Source of the DNA: Patescibacteria group bacterium
GTDB taxonomy: Bacteria > Patescibacteriota > JACPGU01
Length of the DNA stretch: 64,000 nucleotides
NCBI GenBank assembly: GCA_022703645.1
Contig: JAKLDG010000001.1
Location: 443,277 to 507,276 of the forward strand
Direction: 5' to 3'
The notes under the pieces were generated by a model. That model did no database searches and was not told the origin of the DNA. It worked only from the letters and a program-made list of their open reading frames with translations. Positions 56,695-64,000 of this stretch are shown here, one piece after another. A program made the position numbers and the translations under genes. Position 1 is the stretch's first letter, and the number at the start of each line of letters is the position of its first letter.

Positions 56695-57909
56695 TTAATA
56701 AACACTTGATAATTGATATATCGGCATTATGATTGCTAAGACTAAGAAAAGTACCGCAACACCTACTATTAACATAATTATTGGTTCAAGCAATGCTGAG
56801 ATTCCTTTTAGAAGATTATTTGTATCTTGCTCATACATTCGAGAAACGTCAGAAAGTATTTTATCAAGCTGCCCTGTCTGCTCGCCCACCGCAATCATTG
56901 ACGATACTAAAGTTGGGAAAATCTTACTTTTCATCATCGGAGTTGATAGTGGTATTCCTTTTTCGACCTCCAAGACCATATGCTTTAATTCTTTTTCAAC
57001 AATTGAATTTCCCAGCGAATCGCTAACCATAGATAGAGATTTGATGATCGGCACTCCTCCGCTAACAAGTAGCGACAGTGTTTTGGAAAAATTTGTTATG
57101 TAAATTCCCCTGTTAATGGTTTTGAAAACTGGCATATTTAGCGCAAGAAAAGCCACCACGTCTTTCCCGGTACTTGTAGCGGAAAGATATTTTATCAAAA
57201 CCCCAAGCCCGATAAGCAATACTATCAATATATACCAATAATTGACCATGAAATTACTTAGACCTATCATTATTTTTGTTAAAAAAGGAAGTTGCGCACC
57301 AGAACTGGTAAAAATATCCTGCAACTGTGGAATAATATACACTAACGCCAAAATTCCAACAGCCGCTACTACTCCAAGAATGAAGGCGGGATAAATCATT
57401 GCTCCTCTGAGTTTTGATTTCATTGCGTAGCTGCTTTCGAGCTGATCAGCCAGATCGAGTAACACTTTGTCGAGCTTACCGCTTGCTTCACCGGATTTAA
57501 CCATATTTATAAAAATCTGTGAAAAAACATCGGGAAATTGAGAAAGAGCAAAAGAAAAGCTCTTGCCATTTTCTATCAAGCCAATAAGCTTAATGATTAT
57601 CTCTGATAATTTTTTGTTTGGGGTTTGTTTGGTGAGATATTTAAGAGAGTCCATTAGGGGCATACCTGCATTAATCATCGTTGAGAGCTGACGTGCAAAA
57701 ATTGCTTTGTCTTTTGCCTTGATCCCACCGAAAAGACCAGAAGCATAAGAAACCACCCTCGCCTCAAACGAAAGAAATGGCTTTATCGTAATAACCGCAA
57801 GCTTATTGTATTTCAGGACATCTTCAGCTGATTCGATACTGTCAGCCTCAATAATGCCTTTTACAATCTTGCCAGCTTGATCCCGCGCTTCGTAAATGAA
57901 TTTATCCAT
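56695..57909 (-). CDS. pilC: type IV pilus assembly platform protein PilC (GspF family)
   Basis: 404 aa; duplicated GspF domains, three TM segments. Confidence 0.88.
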   Translation of the reverse strand: MDKFIYEARDQAGKIVKGIIEADSIESAEDVLKYNKLAVITIKPFLSFEARVVSYASGLFGGIKAKDKAIFARQLSTMINAGMPLMDSLKYLTKQTPNKKLSEIIIKLIGLIENGKSFSFALSQFPDVFSQIFINMVKSGEASGKLDKVLLDLADQLESSYAMKSKLRGAMIYPAFILGVVAAVGILALVYIIPQLQDIFTSSGAQLPFLTKIMIGLSNFMVNYWYILIVLLIGLGVLIKYLSATSTGKDVVAFLALNMPVFKTINRGIYITNFSKTLSLLVSGGVPIIKSLSMVSDSLGNSIVEKELKHMVLEVEKGIPLSTPMMKSKIFPTLVSSMIAVGEQTGQLDKILSDVSRMYEQDTNNLLKGISALLEPIIMLIVGVAVLFLVLAIIMPIYQLSSVY

Positions 57910-57946
57910 TTTGATTTCTTGTTTTTTTGCTTTATTGCTTAATTGT

Positions 57947-59779
57947 TTATAGTGTCGTTACTCTATATACTTCTTCCATAGTTGTCATACCCTTCAAAAC
58001 CTTTATAATACCGTCTTGTTTCATTGTGATCATACCTTCTTTCAAACCTTGATTCAATATATCTGTAGCAGATGCACGCGCGATACAAAGTCTTTGAATT
58101 TCCTCGCTTACCCGCAATAGCTCATAGACACCAAATCTACCTTTGTATCCCCCGCCACCGCAATTGGCACAGCCAACACTTTCATACATTTTTTTATCTT
58201 CTATTTTTAATTCCAATCCTTGTCTATAATGTTCTGGAATTTTATCGTATTCTTCCTTCATATCGTCATAAACCGCTGCGGGAATCTCTACCAGCTTTTT
58301 ACAATCAGGACAAAGCTTACGCACAAGTCTCTGGCCGACTATTGTATGAAGTGATGAGGCAATTAAGAATGGTTCCACTCCCATATCTATGAGACGTGGA
58401 ATTGCCCCAGCAGCATCATTAGTGTGCAATGTTGAAAAAACCAAGTGACCCGTAAGAGCCGATTGAATCGCCATTTCTGCAGTTTCACGATCGCGGATTT
58501 CTCCAACCATTATTATATTTGGATCTTGACGCAGAATTGATCGCAGTCCATTGGCAAAGGTATAACCAATATATGGCTTTACCTGAGATTGATTCACTCC
58601 CACCATCTGATACTCTACAGGATCTTCTAGTGTTACAATATTCACACCTTCTTTATTTATTCGCGAAATTGCCGCATAAAGAGTTGTTGATTTACCGCTA
58701 CCAGTAGGTCCGGTAACGAGCAATATCCCATGTGGAATTTGAATTGCTTCCAAGAAATTATCATAAGATTTACCAGTTAACCCCAGGTCTTCAATCGTTA
58801 TTAATCCTCCTGATTTATCGAGAATTCTCATTACAACTTTTTCGCCGTTAATAGTTGGGAAAGTTGAAATTCTTAAGTCGATTTCTTTTTTACCAAAAAC
58901 AACATCGATACGGCCATCCTGCGGGACACGTTGTTCATCAATTTTTAATTTTGCCAAAATTTTGATGCGCGAAACCAGCGCTGCATGATCTTTTCTGGCA
59001 ATAGTAGCAACTTGGTTTAAAATTCCGTCAATTCTATATCGTATTCTTGTATCCGCGCCTTCCAAAGGCTCGATATGAATATCGGACGCTTTGATAGCAA
59101 CACCATACTTTATTAATGCTGCCACTATACGTGGAACTGCAGAATTTTTAATTATTTCTTCTAATTGTTCTTTTGTTTTGAGGTCTTCTTTTACTAATTC
59201 AGCGATGCGCGAAAAATCAACTTCATCAGTAGCTTTTTCTTCAGGTTTTTTTTCTATTTTTTTCAATATACCTGAGGCTAAATCTGCCTTTGGTGCTGTT
59301 TCCATCCCAGTTTCTTTTTCTACCATTATCGGACTCTTATACTGTTCAATAATTTCATTTAATCCTTTGACACTAACTATATATGGCTCAATATTTAGAT
59401 GATTGCCTTTGCTAATAAAATCAAGCGCTTTTTTGGTTACTGGATCCCAAGGACGTGCTAAACCGACCTTCAGAGTTTGATCATCGGTAATTTCAAATAC
59501 AACCATATTGTATTTTATCGCTACATCTTCTGGAAATTTTGATAAAACCACAAAAGGAACTTTTTTCCCAGAAAGCGAAGCGTAAGGTAGCCCATAAACC
59601 TCGCCTATTGCTTTTACCATATCTTCTTCACGGCCAATCCCTAATGAAAAAATAGCATCTTCCAAATATGCTTTGTTTTCACCTGCGATTTGTTGGGCTT
59701 TTGTAATGTCGCTGGGCGTTACTATCCCCTTTGAAATTAAAACATCAGAGACATTTTGTGTTAAAGATTGATTTGCCAT
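57947..59779 (-). CDS. pilB: type IV pilus assembly ATPase PilB (GspE family)
   Basis: 610 aa. N-terminal GSPII_E_N domains; 'LVTGPTGSGKSTTLYA' Walker A; Asp/His boxes; tetracysteine 'CPDCKK...CANCGG'. Confidence 0.9.
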   Translation of the reverse strand: MANQSLTQNVSDVLISKGIVTPSDITKAQQIAGENKAYLEDAIFSLGIGREEDMVKAIGEVYGLPYASLSGKKVPFVVLSKFPEDVAIKYNMVVFEITDDQTLKVGLARPWDPVTKKALDFISKGNHLNIEPYIVSVKGLNEIIEQYKSPIMVEKETGMETAPKADLASGILKKIEKKPEEKATDEVDFSRIAELVKEDLKTKEQLEEIIKNSAVPRIVAALIKYGVAIKASDIHIEPLEGADTRIRYRIDGILNQVATIARKDHAALVSRIKILAKLKIDEQRVPQDGRIDVVFGKKEIDLRISTFPTINGEKVVMRILDKSGGLITIEDLGLTGKSYDNFLEAIQIPHGILLVTGPTGSGKSTTLYAAISRINKEGVNIVTLEDPVEYQMVGVNQSQVKPYIGYTFANGLRSILRQDPNIIMVGEIRDRETAEMAIQSALTGHLVFSTLHTNDAAGAIPRLIDMGVEPFLIASSLHTIVGQRLVRKLCPDCKKLVEIPAAVYDDMKEEYDKIPEHYRQGLELKIEDKKMYESVGCANCGGGGYKGRFGVYELLRVSEEIQRLCIARASATDILNQGLKEGMITMKQDGIIKVLKGMTTMEEVYRVTTL

Positions 59780-59785
59780 ATTTGA

Positions 59786-60046
59786 TTAAAAATTATATGG
59801 ATTTGATTTGCCCAGTTCATTTGGATCAACATTGATCGGCAACGATTCCGGTCTATTCAAAGCATTAATTTCGCTTTCTAAAGTTGGATTTTCTATCTGT
59901 GGTATAGAAACTATGGGTCGTGTTTTTAGATCCTTGGAACTCGGAATTGTTGTATAGTAAATATACCCGACAAATACAAGCGCTAAAGCATTTAGCGCTA
60001 TTCCTATAATTACTATCAAGTCTGTTTTCTTTTTTATATTTTCCAT
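59786..60046 (-). CDS. small single-pass membrane protein within the pilus operon
   Basis: 86 aa. TM 'LIVIIGIALNALALVFVGYIYY'; start is 7 nt after the stop of the PilO-like gene region. Confidence 0.5.
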   Translation of the reverse strand: MENIKKKTDLIVIIGIALNALALVFVGYIYYTTIPSSKDLKTRPIVSIPQIENPTLESEINALNRPESLPINVDPNELGKSNPYNF

Positions 60047-60071
60047 TGTATTTTATTAAATTATTTTTTTG

Positions 60072-60101
60072 AAAATTGCAAAATTGAAAATTGAAAATTT
60101 A
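60072..60101. repeat. (GAAAATT)4 heptamer array
   Basis: GAAAATTGCAAAATTGAAAATTGAAAATTT between the PilO-like gene and the small membrane protein gene. Confidence 0.7.
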
Positions 60102-60102
60102 T

Positions 60103-60717
60103 TTATTGATAGTATATATATCCGCTGATATTAAACCGCAATACTTCAGATGCTCCAGCTTTGATATTGCCGCCTCCCTTGATAGAAATATTAGATATAT
60201 TTACCGGACGTATATTTACCTCTAACTTCTTCAGAAACTCTTTTAGGTTCGGATAACTGCCAGTAATATCAATCTGCAATGCAACTCTTTTATAATCTGT
60301 TTTTACTACACCTGTTTGACCAGGGATAGGAGTGTCATCAACTATTTTTGGAGTGAAGTTATTTATAAAAAGATTATTATCGGTAGCCAATTTTGAAATC
60401 ATCAGCAATGCTTCAGCAATTTGCGGATCCTGCGGCAGCACCTCTTTTGTTTGATTAATAAAAACTTGTTTCTCTTTTATTGTCTTCTCAAGATTTTGTA
60501 ATTTTGTTTGTTTTTCCTGTAAAACAGACTTATCAATGCTCAAATTTTCAAGCTCTAACCTATTCGCACGATATGCCGATGCAACAGGCATCAAAAAGAA
60601 GTAAACTGCAACAAAAGCAACAATCGCAGCCAAAAGAACCATGACTGGTATTTTTTCCTCTTCTTTTATCTTGATGCTTGTTGAAAAGAAAGATTTCTTT
60701 TTATTTTGTTGTTCCAT
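60103..60717 (-). CDS. PilO-like type IV pilus assembly protein
   Basis: 204 aa. Short cytoplasmic N-terminus, one TM, coiled-coil, then a ~100-aa periplasmic-type domain. Confidence 0.55.
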   Translation of the reverse strand: MEQQNKKKSFFSTSIKIKEEEKIPVMVLLAAIVAFVAVYFFLMPVASAYRANRLELENLSIDKSVLQEKQTKLQNLEKTIKEKQVFINQTKEVLPQDPQIAEALLMISKLATDNNLFINNFTPKIVDDTPIPGQTGVVKTDYKRVALQIDITGSYPNLKEFLKKLEVNIRPVNISNISIKGGGNIKAGASEVLRFNISGYIYYQ

Positions 60718-60788
60718 TTTTTATATTCTTAAAGATATTTTATTTGCATTAAATAACTATTCAACCTACTGCGCTACAAACCTCTCTC

Positions 60789-61595
60789 CTATAATACTGG
60801 CAGAGAACTCCCACTTTCCGGGGTAGTTGTTGGAGCAGGCGTAGGTTCCGGTGTTGGAGTGGTTTCAGGAACTGGAGAAACTTCCGTATTAGTTGTTGGA
60901 TTTTCAGCTGGTGTAGTTTCATTTACGACTGGCGTACTCTCCTCTACCGTAGGTTGTGTAATTGCTGGAGCTGCCGGATAGAGCGCCTGATGACTGATTT
61001 TTTTTGCAACTCCAAAATTAATAACAAAATCAACATATTTATTATTATTTAATGTAACCAAAGAAGCATTAGACAGCGAAACATTCGCAAAAACATTTTT
61101 TGATTGATCCGAACTTTCTTCGTCTTTCATTTGCTGCATTGCGACAACCAAAGTGGACAATGTCGGGTAGTCAGGACTTAGTCCCGCAATCTTCATTGAT
61201 GAAGGAGAATCGGCTTCAAAACCGGAAAAAGTAATACCGGTTGGGACTACTTTTTCAAGTTCATCAAAAACAAAAGACCAATTTGGGTTGTTATTTAGTA
61301 TTATTGCGACGCTATTATTTCTTTTTTCAATTTCTTTTCCCACGCTTTCCACGCTTAACATCCCCTGATTCACGCTCGTTAGTTGCGCAATTTCTTTTTG
61401 CGCCTGTACAACTTGTTTCTTATTCATATTTGAAAAAATCAGAAACGAAAACGCAGCAATAATAAAAATAGTCAAAAAAACTATAGAAAAAATCATAACA
61501 TTTTTCCTTTGCTTTTTTGACTCTTCATTCTCAATAAAACGCGCCGTTGGCTCGCCTATTTCGCTAGCTATTTTAGATACGTCAATGTCTATCAT
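60789..61595 (-). CDS. PilN-like type IV pilus assembly protein with Pro/Thr-rich C-terminal tail
   Basis: 268 aa. Cytoplasmic N-terminus, TM 'MIFSIVFLTIFIIAAFSFLIF', coiled-coil, C-terminal 'PVPETTPTPEPTPAPTTTPE'. Confidence 0.5.
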   Translation of the reverse strand: MIDIDVSKIASEIGEPTARFIENEESKKQRKNVMIFSIVFLTIFIIAAFSFLIFSNMNKKQVVQAQKEIAQLTSVNQGMLSVESVGKEIEKRNNSVAIILNNNPNWSFVFDELEKVVPTGITFSGFEADSPSSMKIAGLSPDYPTLSTLVVAMQQMKDEESSDQSKNVFANVSLSNASLVTLNNNKYVDFVINFGVAKKISHQALYPAAPAITQPTVEESTPVVNETTPAENPTTNTEVSPVPETTPTPEPTPAPTTTPESGSSLPVL

Positions 61596-61655
61596 TTGTT
61601 TTTGTTTATTTATAAATATTTTATAACATGTAGAAATTAATGCAATACTAAAATT

Positions 61656-63209
61656 TTATCCACCAAACATATTCGCGCTAAACCCAGGCGGCGGATTAAA
61701 TAACAATCTTACATCATATTGGAATTGTTCTGCCGGCTGTTTTATCAGATTTCCATTGATATCATAAATACCAAGATAGTTTCGTAGAAGTGTAAATCCT
61801 CTAGCTATAACTGCCCCTTTGATAACCAAAGTATCCTGATCGCCAGCTGGATCGCTTTCAGTTATAAACTTTCCGAGATTAAGATGCGTTGTATCTGAAT
61901 AGATATAGAATACCGCATCAACTTCTTTTACGTTGCTGCTGATAGTAACATTCCCATTTCTCACGATAACTCCTAACATACTATTTGAATTAGCATAGGT
62001 CAAATCTCCAGAAATAGTAACGTCCCCATCAACCAATATCGTATGTCTTCCTGAAATAGTTTCCGATGAAGAAATATTCAATCCATCCTGATACCACCAA
62101 ACTTTTCCTTCTGGAGGAGCGCTCGGATCGCTTGTAAAGTTGTTTGAAATAAATGATGATGATAAAGATTTTATCGCATCAAGAGAATTCGCTTCTGCAA
62201 CCTTTTCTAATTTTGAAATATTATTTTTCATTATCTTGCAGGCAGACCCCGGTACGCAGCCATCCAGGTCTAAATCAGAACCGCTTCCGGGCAATATTTC
62301 ATAACCTTTGATCTTCCAGTCATTCTCACTTGAGTTCGCTGGCGCGATACCTCCTCCTGCTGCAATAATATACTTCGCATTATATACCCCTTTAGTTGGA
62401 TCAGCTGAACGAAGGTTTAGATCGCCTTTCGCATAAATCGTACCGCCAATATTCTCTTGCCCGAAAGCATTAACGATAACATTTAAATCAGAAGCGCTAT
62501 CCTGACTCCCGTTTACTGAAATCTCAACATCATTTTCAACCACATCTGTTTCCAATAAACCCTCGCCATAGCTTGCCGTTACTTTTAAAAAATAATGCAC
62601 GCCAACCAAACTGTCGGGAAGAATATAGGTAAATTTGCGATTTGCTTCAGTATAAGTAGGAGCAATATTGTTGCATATACTTTGATCTGAATTACAATAT
62701 TGGACATTTGTAATACTTAAATTTGAATTTTGCACTTGATTGTTTTTTACATAAATACTGTCCGATATTGTTGCGCCTGAGTAAATGGTGCTGGTGTTAT
62801 TTACATAAAATTCAACATCATAAGTAGTGCTGCTCCTCGGAGCAACATATTCTTTATGATCAGTTTTGGAAATATGCGGTTCGGCTGCAGTGCCGATTGC
62901 CAGAATTTCTGCCGCCGATCGGTACCAATTAATTCCATTTTGCGAAATCTCTGCAACGCCTTTCAAAAGTTGAAGATTTGATAGAGTCCTCTTCGCTGAA
63001 GGAGTAAAAAGTAAAGTTTCAGCCGTAGTAATTGGCAGAGCTTTAAGATTGGAGCTCATATTATCATCTGATTGAGCTAACGCCTTTGAAGAAAAAGCCA
63101 ATATTAAAATCGCAAAAAAAGCCAACATTAAAATCGCAAAAAAAGCCAACATTAAAATCGCAACTGGTTTATTCTGTAAAAAAATAGTTTTTTTACATTT
63201 TCTTGGCAT
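61656..63209 (-). CDS. large extracellular hypothetical protein at the head of the pilus operon
   Basis: 517 aa. N-terminal hydrophobic region carrying a 3 x 8-aa tandem repeat (MLAFFAIL); Asn/Ser/Thr-rich beta-rich body. Confidence 0.65.
   Translation of the reverse strand: MPRKCKKTIFLQNKPVAILMLAFFAILMLAFFAILILAFSSKALAQSDDNMSSNLKALPITTAETLLFTPSAKRTLSNLQLLKGVAEISQNGINWYRSAAEILAIGTAAEPHISKTDHKEYVAPRSSTTYDVEFYVNNTSTIYSGATISDSIYVKNNQVQNSNLSITNVQYCNSDQSICNNIAPTYTEANRKFTYILPDSLVGVHYFLKVTASYGEGLLETDVVENDVEISVNGSQDSASDLNVIVNAFGQENIGGTIYAKGDLNLRSADPTKGVYNAKYIIAAGGGIAPANSSENDWKIKGYEILPGSGSDLDLDGCVPGSACKIMKNNISKLEKVAEANSLDAIKSLSSSFISNNFTSDPSAPPEGKVWWYQDGLNISSSETISGRHTILVDGDVTISGDLTYANSNSMLGVIVRNGNVTISSNVKEVDAVFYIYSDTTHLNLGKFITESDPAGDQDTLVIKGAVIARGFTLLRNYLGIYDINGNLIKQPAEQFQYDVRLLFNPPPGFSANMFGG
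63092..63173. repeat. 24-bp x 3 perfect tandem repeat inside the signal-peptide coding region
   Basis: AAAAAAAGCCAACATTAAAATCGC repeated three times (first copy with one substitution). Confidence 0.85.
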
Positions 63210-63313
63210 ATATTTATTTAAATATTTATAAAAAAGATATTATTAGCCACACTGGTAATCCGTGATTTTAATAATCTGTTTAAAAATTAAAAAATACAAA
63301 ATAAAAAATTTTT

Positions 63314-64000
63314 CTACGGTACTACCGGTGGCGTTACTTTGAATACCACATCATACTCGCCTGGTTTGGCTGTATAATTTGACCAATAAAGTGTTTCGTA
63401 ATTAGTAGTTGTATTAATATGACTTCCCGTGATTCCGTCCGGATTTGGTGCGCCGCTAACCATAGAATTGAAGGCAAATCCCGGCGGCAAACTAAATTTT
63501 AGTTTAACTATCTTTTCAATACTGCTCATATTCGAAACTTTCAAAGTATATGTAATCGCATTAGTATTTATGGGTGTTGTAGTTGTTGAAGCACTCGCAT
63601 CCCCTACTGTTGATGACGGACCTTGCGCTGAAAGATAGACCAGAACTCCAGTCAGACCGTAATCATTATTTACAATGGAAGGTGGCGCAACAGGACAATC
63701 GGATGGACAAGTTGTTGAATTTTCACCGGGATCACAAACCCCATTCCCGCAGGTCGATGTTGGTATTTCCGTTTGAATTATTATTAAATTAGAACCATCC
63801 TGCGAACCGGCGCCACCAGAACTACCGCCTAAAGACCCATCATAATTTGGAGCGCCTGTAACATCCATTATTTGTGAAGGTAATACATTATTAATATTAT
63901 TACCGCTTGCATCAATAAAATTTTGGGTTTTGATAGCGATTCTTCCACCCCCGCCACCACTGCCATTATATGCTACATTCGCACAAGACCCATTCGAGAG
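63314..64000 (-). CDS. secreted hypothetical protein, 5'-partial (reading frame runs off the window end)
   Basis: The frame stays open from 63868 up to 64000 (…GGGGRIAIKTQNFIDASGNNINN…). Gly/Ser/Thr-rich with a Cys-rich 'CGNGVCDPGENSTTCPSDCP' module. Confidence 0.55.
   Translation of the reverse strand, partial: LSNGSCANVAYNGSGGGGGRIAIKTQNFIDASGNNINNVLPSQIMDVTGAPNYDGSLGGSSGGAGSQDGSNLIIIQTEIPTSTCGNGVCDPGENSTTCPSDCPVAPPSIVNNDYGLTGVLVYLSAQGPSSTVGDASASTTTTPINTNAITYTLKVSNMSSIEKIVKLKFSLPPGFAFNSMVSGAPNPDGITGSHINTTTNYETLYWSNYTAKPGEYDVVFKVTPPVVP

Overview
The window is 64 kb of a low-GC bacterial chromosome, about one third G+C judged by eye. Almost every gene lies on the minus strand. A conserved housekeeping backbone is interrupted by a few accessory-looking segments.

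The recognisable core genes are:
- secD-secF, an RluA-family pseudouridine synthase, a LOG-family protein, cysK, recR, eno
- a porGDAB pyruvate:ferredoxin oxidoreductase operon
- topA, dprA, mfd, pth, ybaB/ebfC, rplI, ctpA
- ftsE-ftsX next to an M23 (EnvC-like) peptidase
- prfB, rmuC, a UvrD-like helicase fused to an Fe-S RecB-type nuclease, rnhA
- a type IV pilus locus with pilB, pilC, pilA, pilD, three minor pilins and PilN/PilO-like proteins

Several large secreted or surface proteins are interspersed:
- a YVTN beta-propeller/IPT protein
- a 911-aa secreted protein
- a DUF11-like repeat protein with an LPXTG-like anchor
- two large extracellular proteins at the head of the pilus operon

I found no transposase, integrase, CRISPR array, rRNA or convincing tRNA. 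RF2 is present and TAA/TAG stops are used, so the standard genetic code is likely.

PFOR, type IV pili with DprA, compact genes, weak Shine-Dalgarno sites and low GC are consistent with a small-genome anaerobe, possibly a CPR/Patescibacteria lineage. That is inference only.

The things most worth a second look:
1. A ~630-bp ORF-free, hairpin-rich and GC-elevated region between mfd and pth that looks like a structured RNA of unknown family.
2. A genome-dispersed family of 7-bp tandem repeats (GAAAATT / AATTGGN / CAAATTT) forming inverted-repeat intergenic elements, some centred on a GCGAAGC mini-hairpin and some inserted in-frame inside housekeeping genes.
3. Six perfect copies of the DnaA-box 9-mer TTATCCACA, all in promoter regions.
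4. Three GC-rich, ORFan-like cassettes encoding secreted proteins of no recognisable family, each with consensus promoter/SD signals and strong GC hairpin terminators.
5. An orphan VirD4/TraG-like coupling ATPase next to a sigma-region-4 + HARE-HTH fusion protein.
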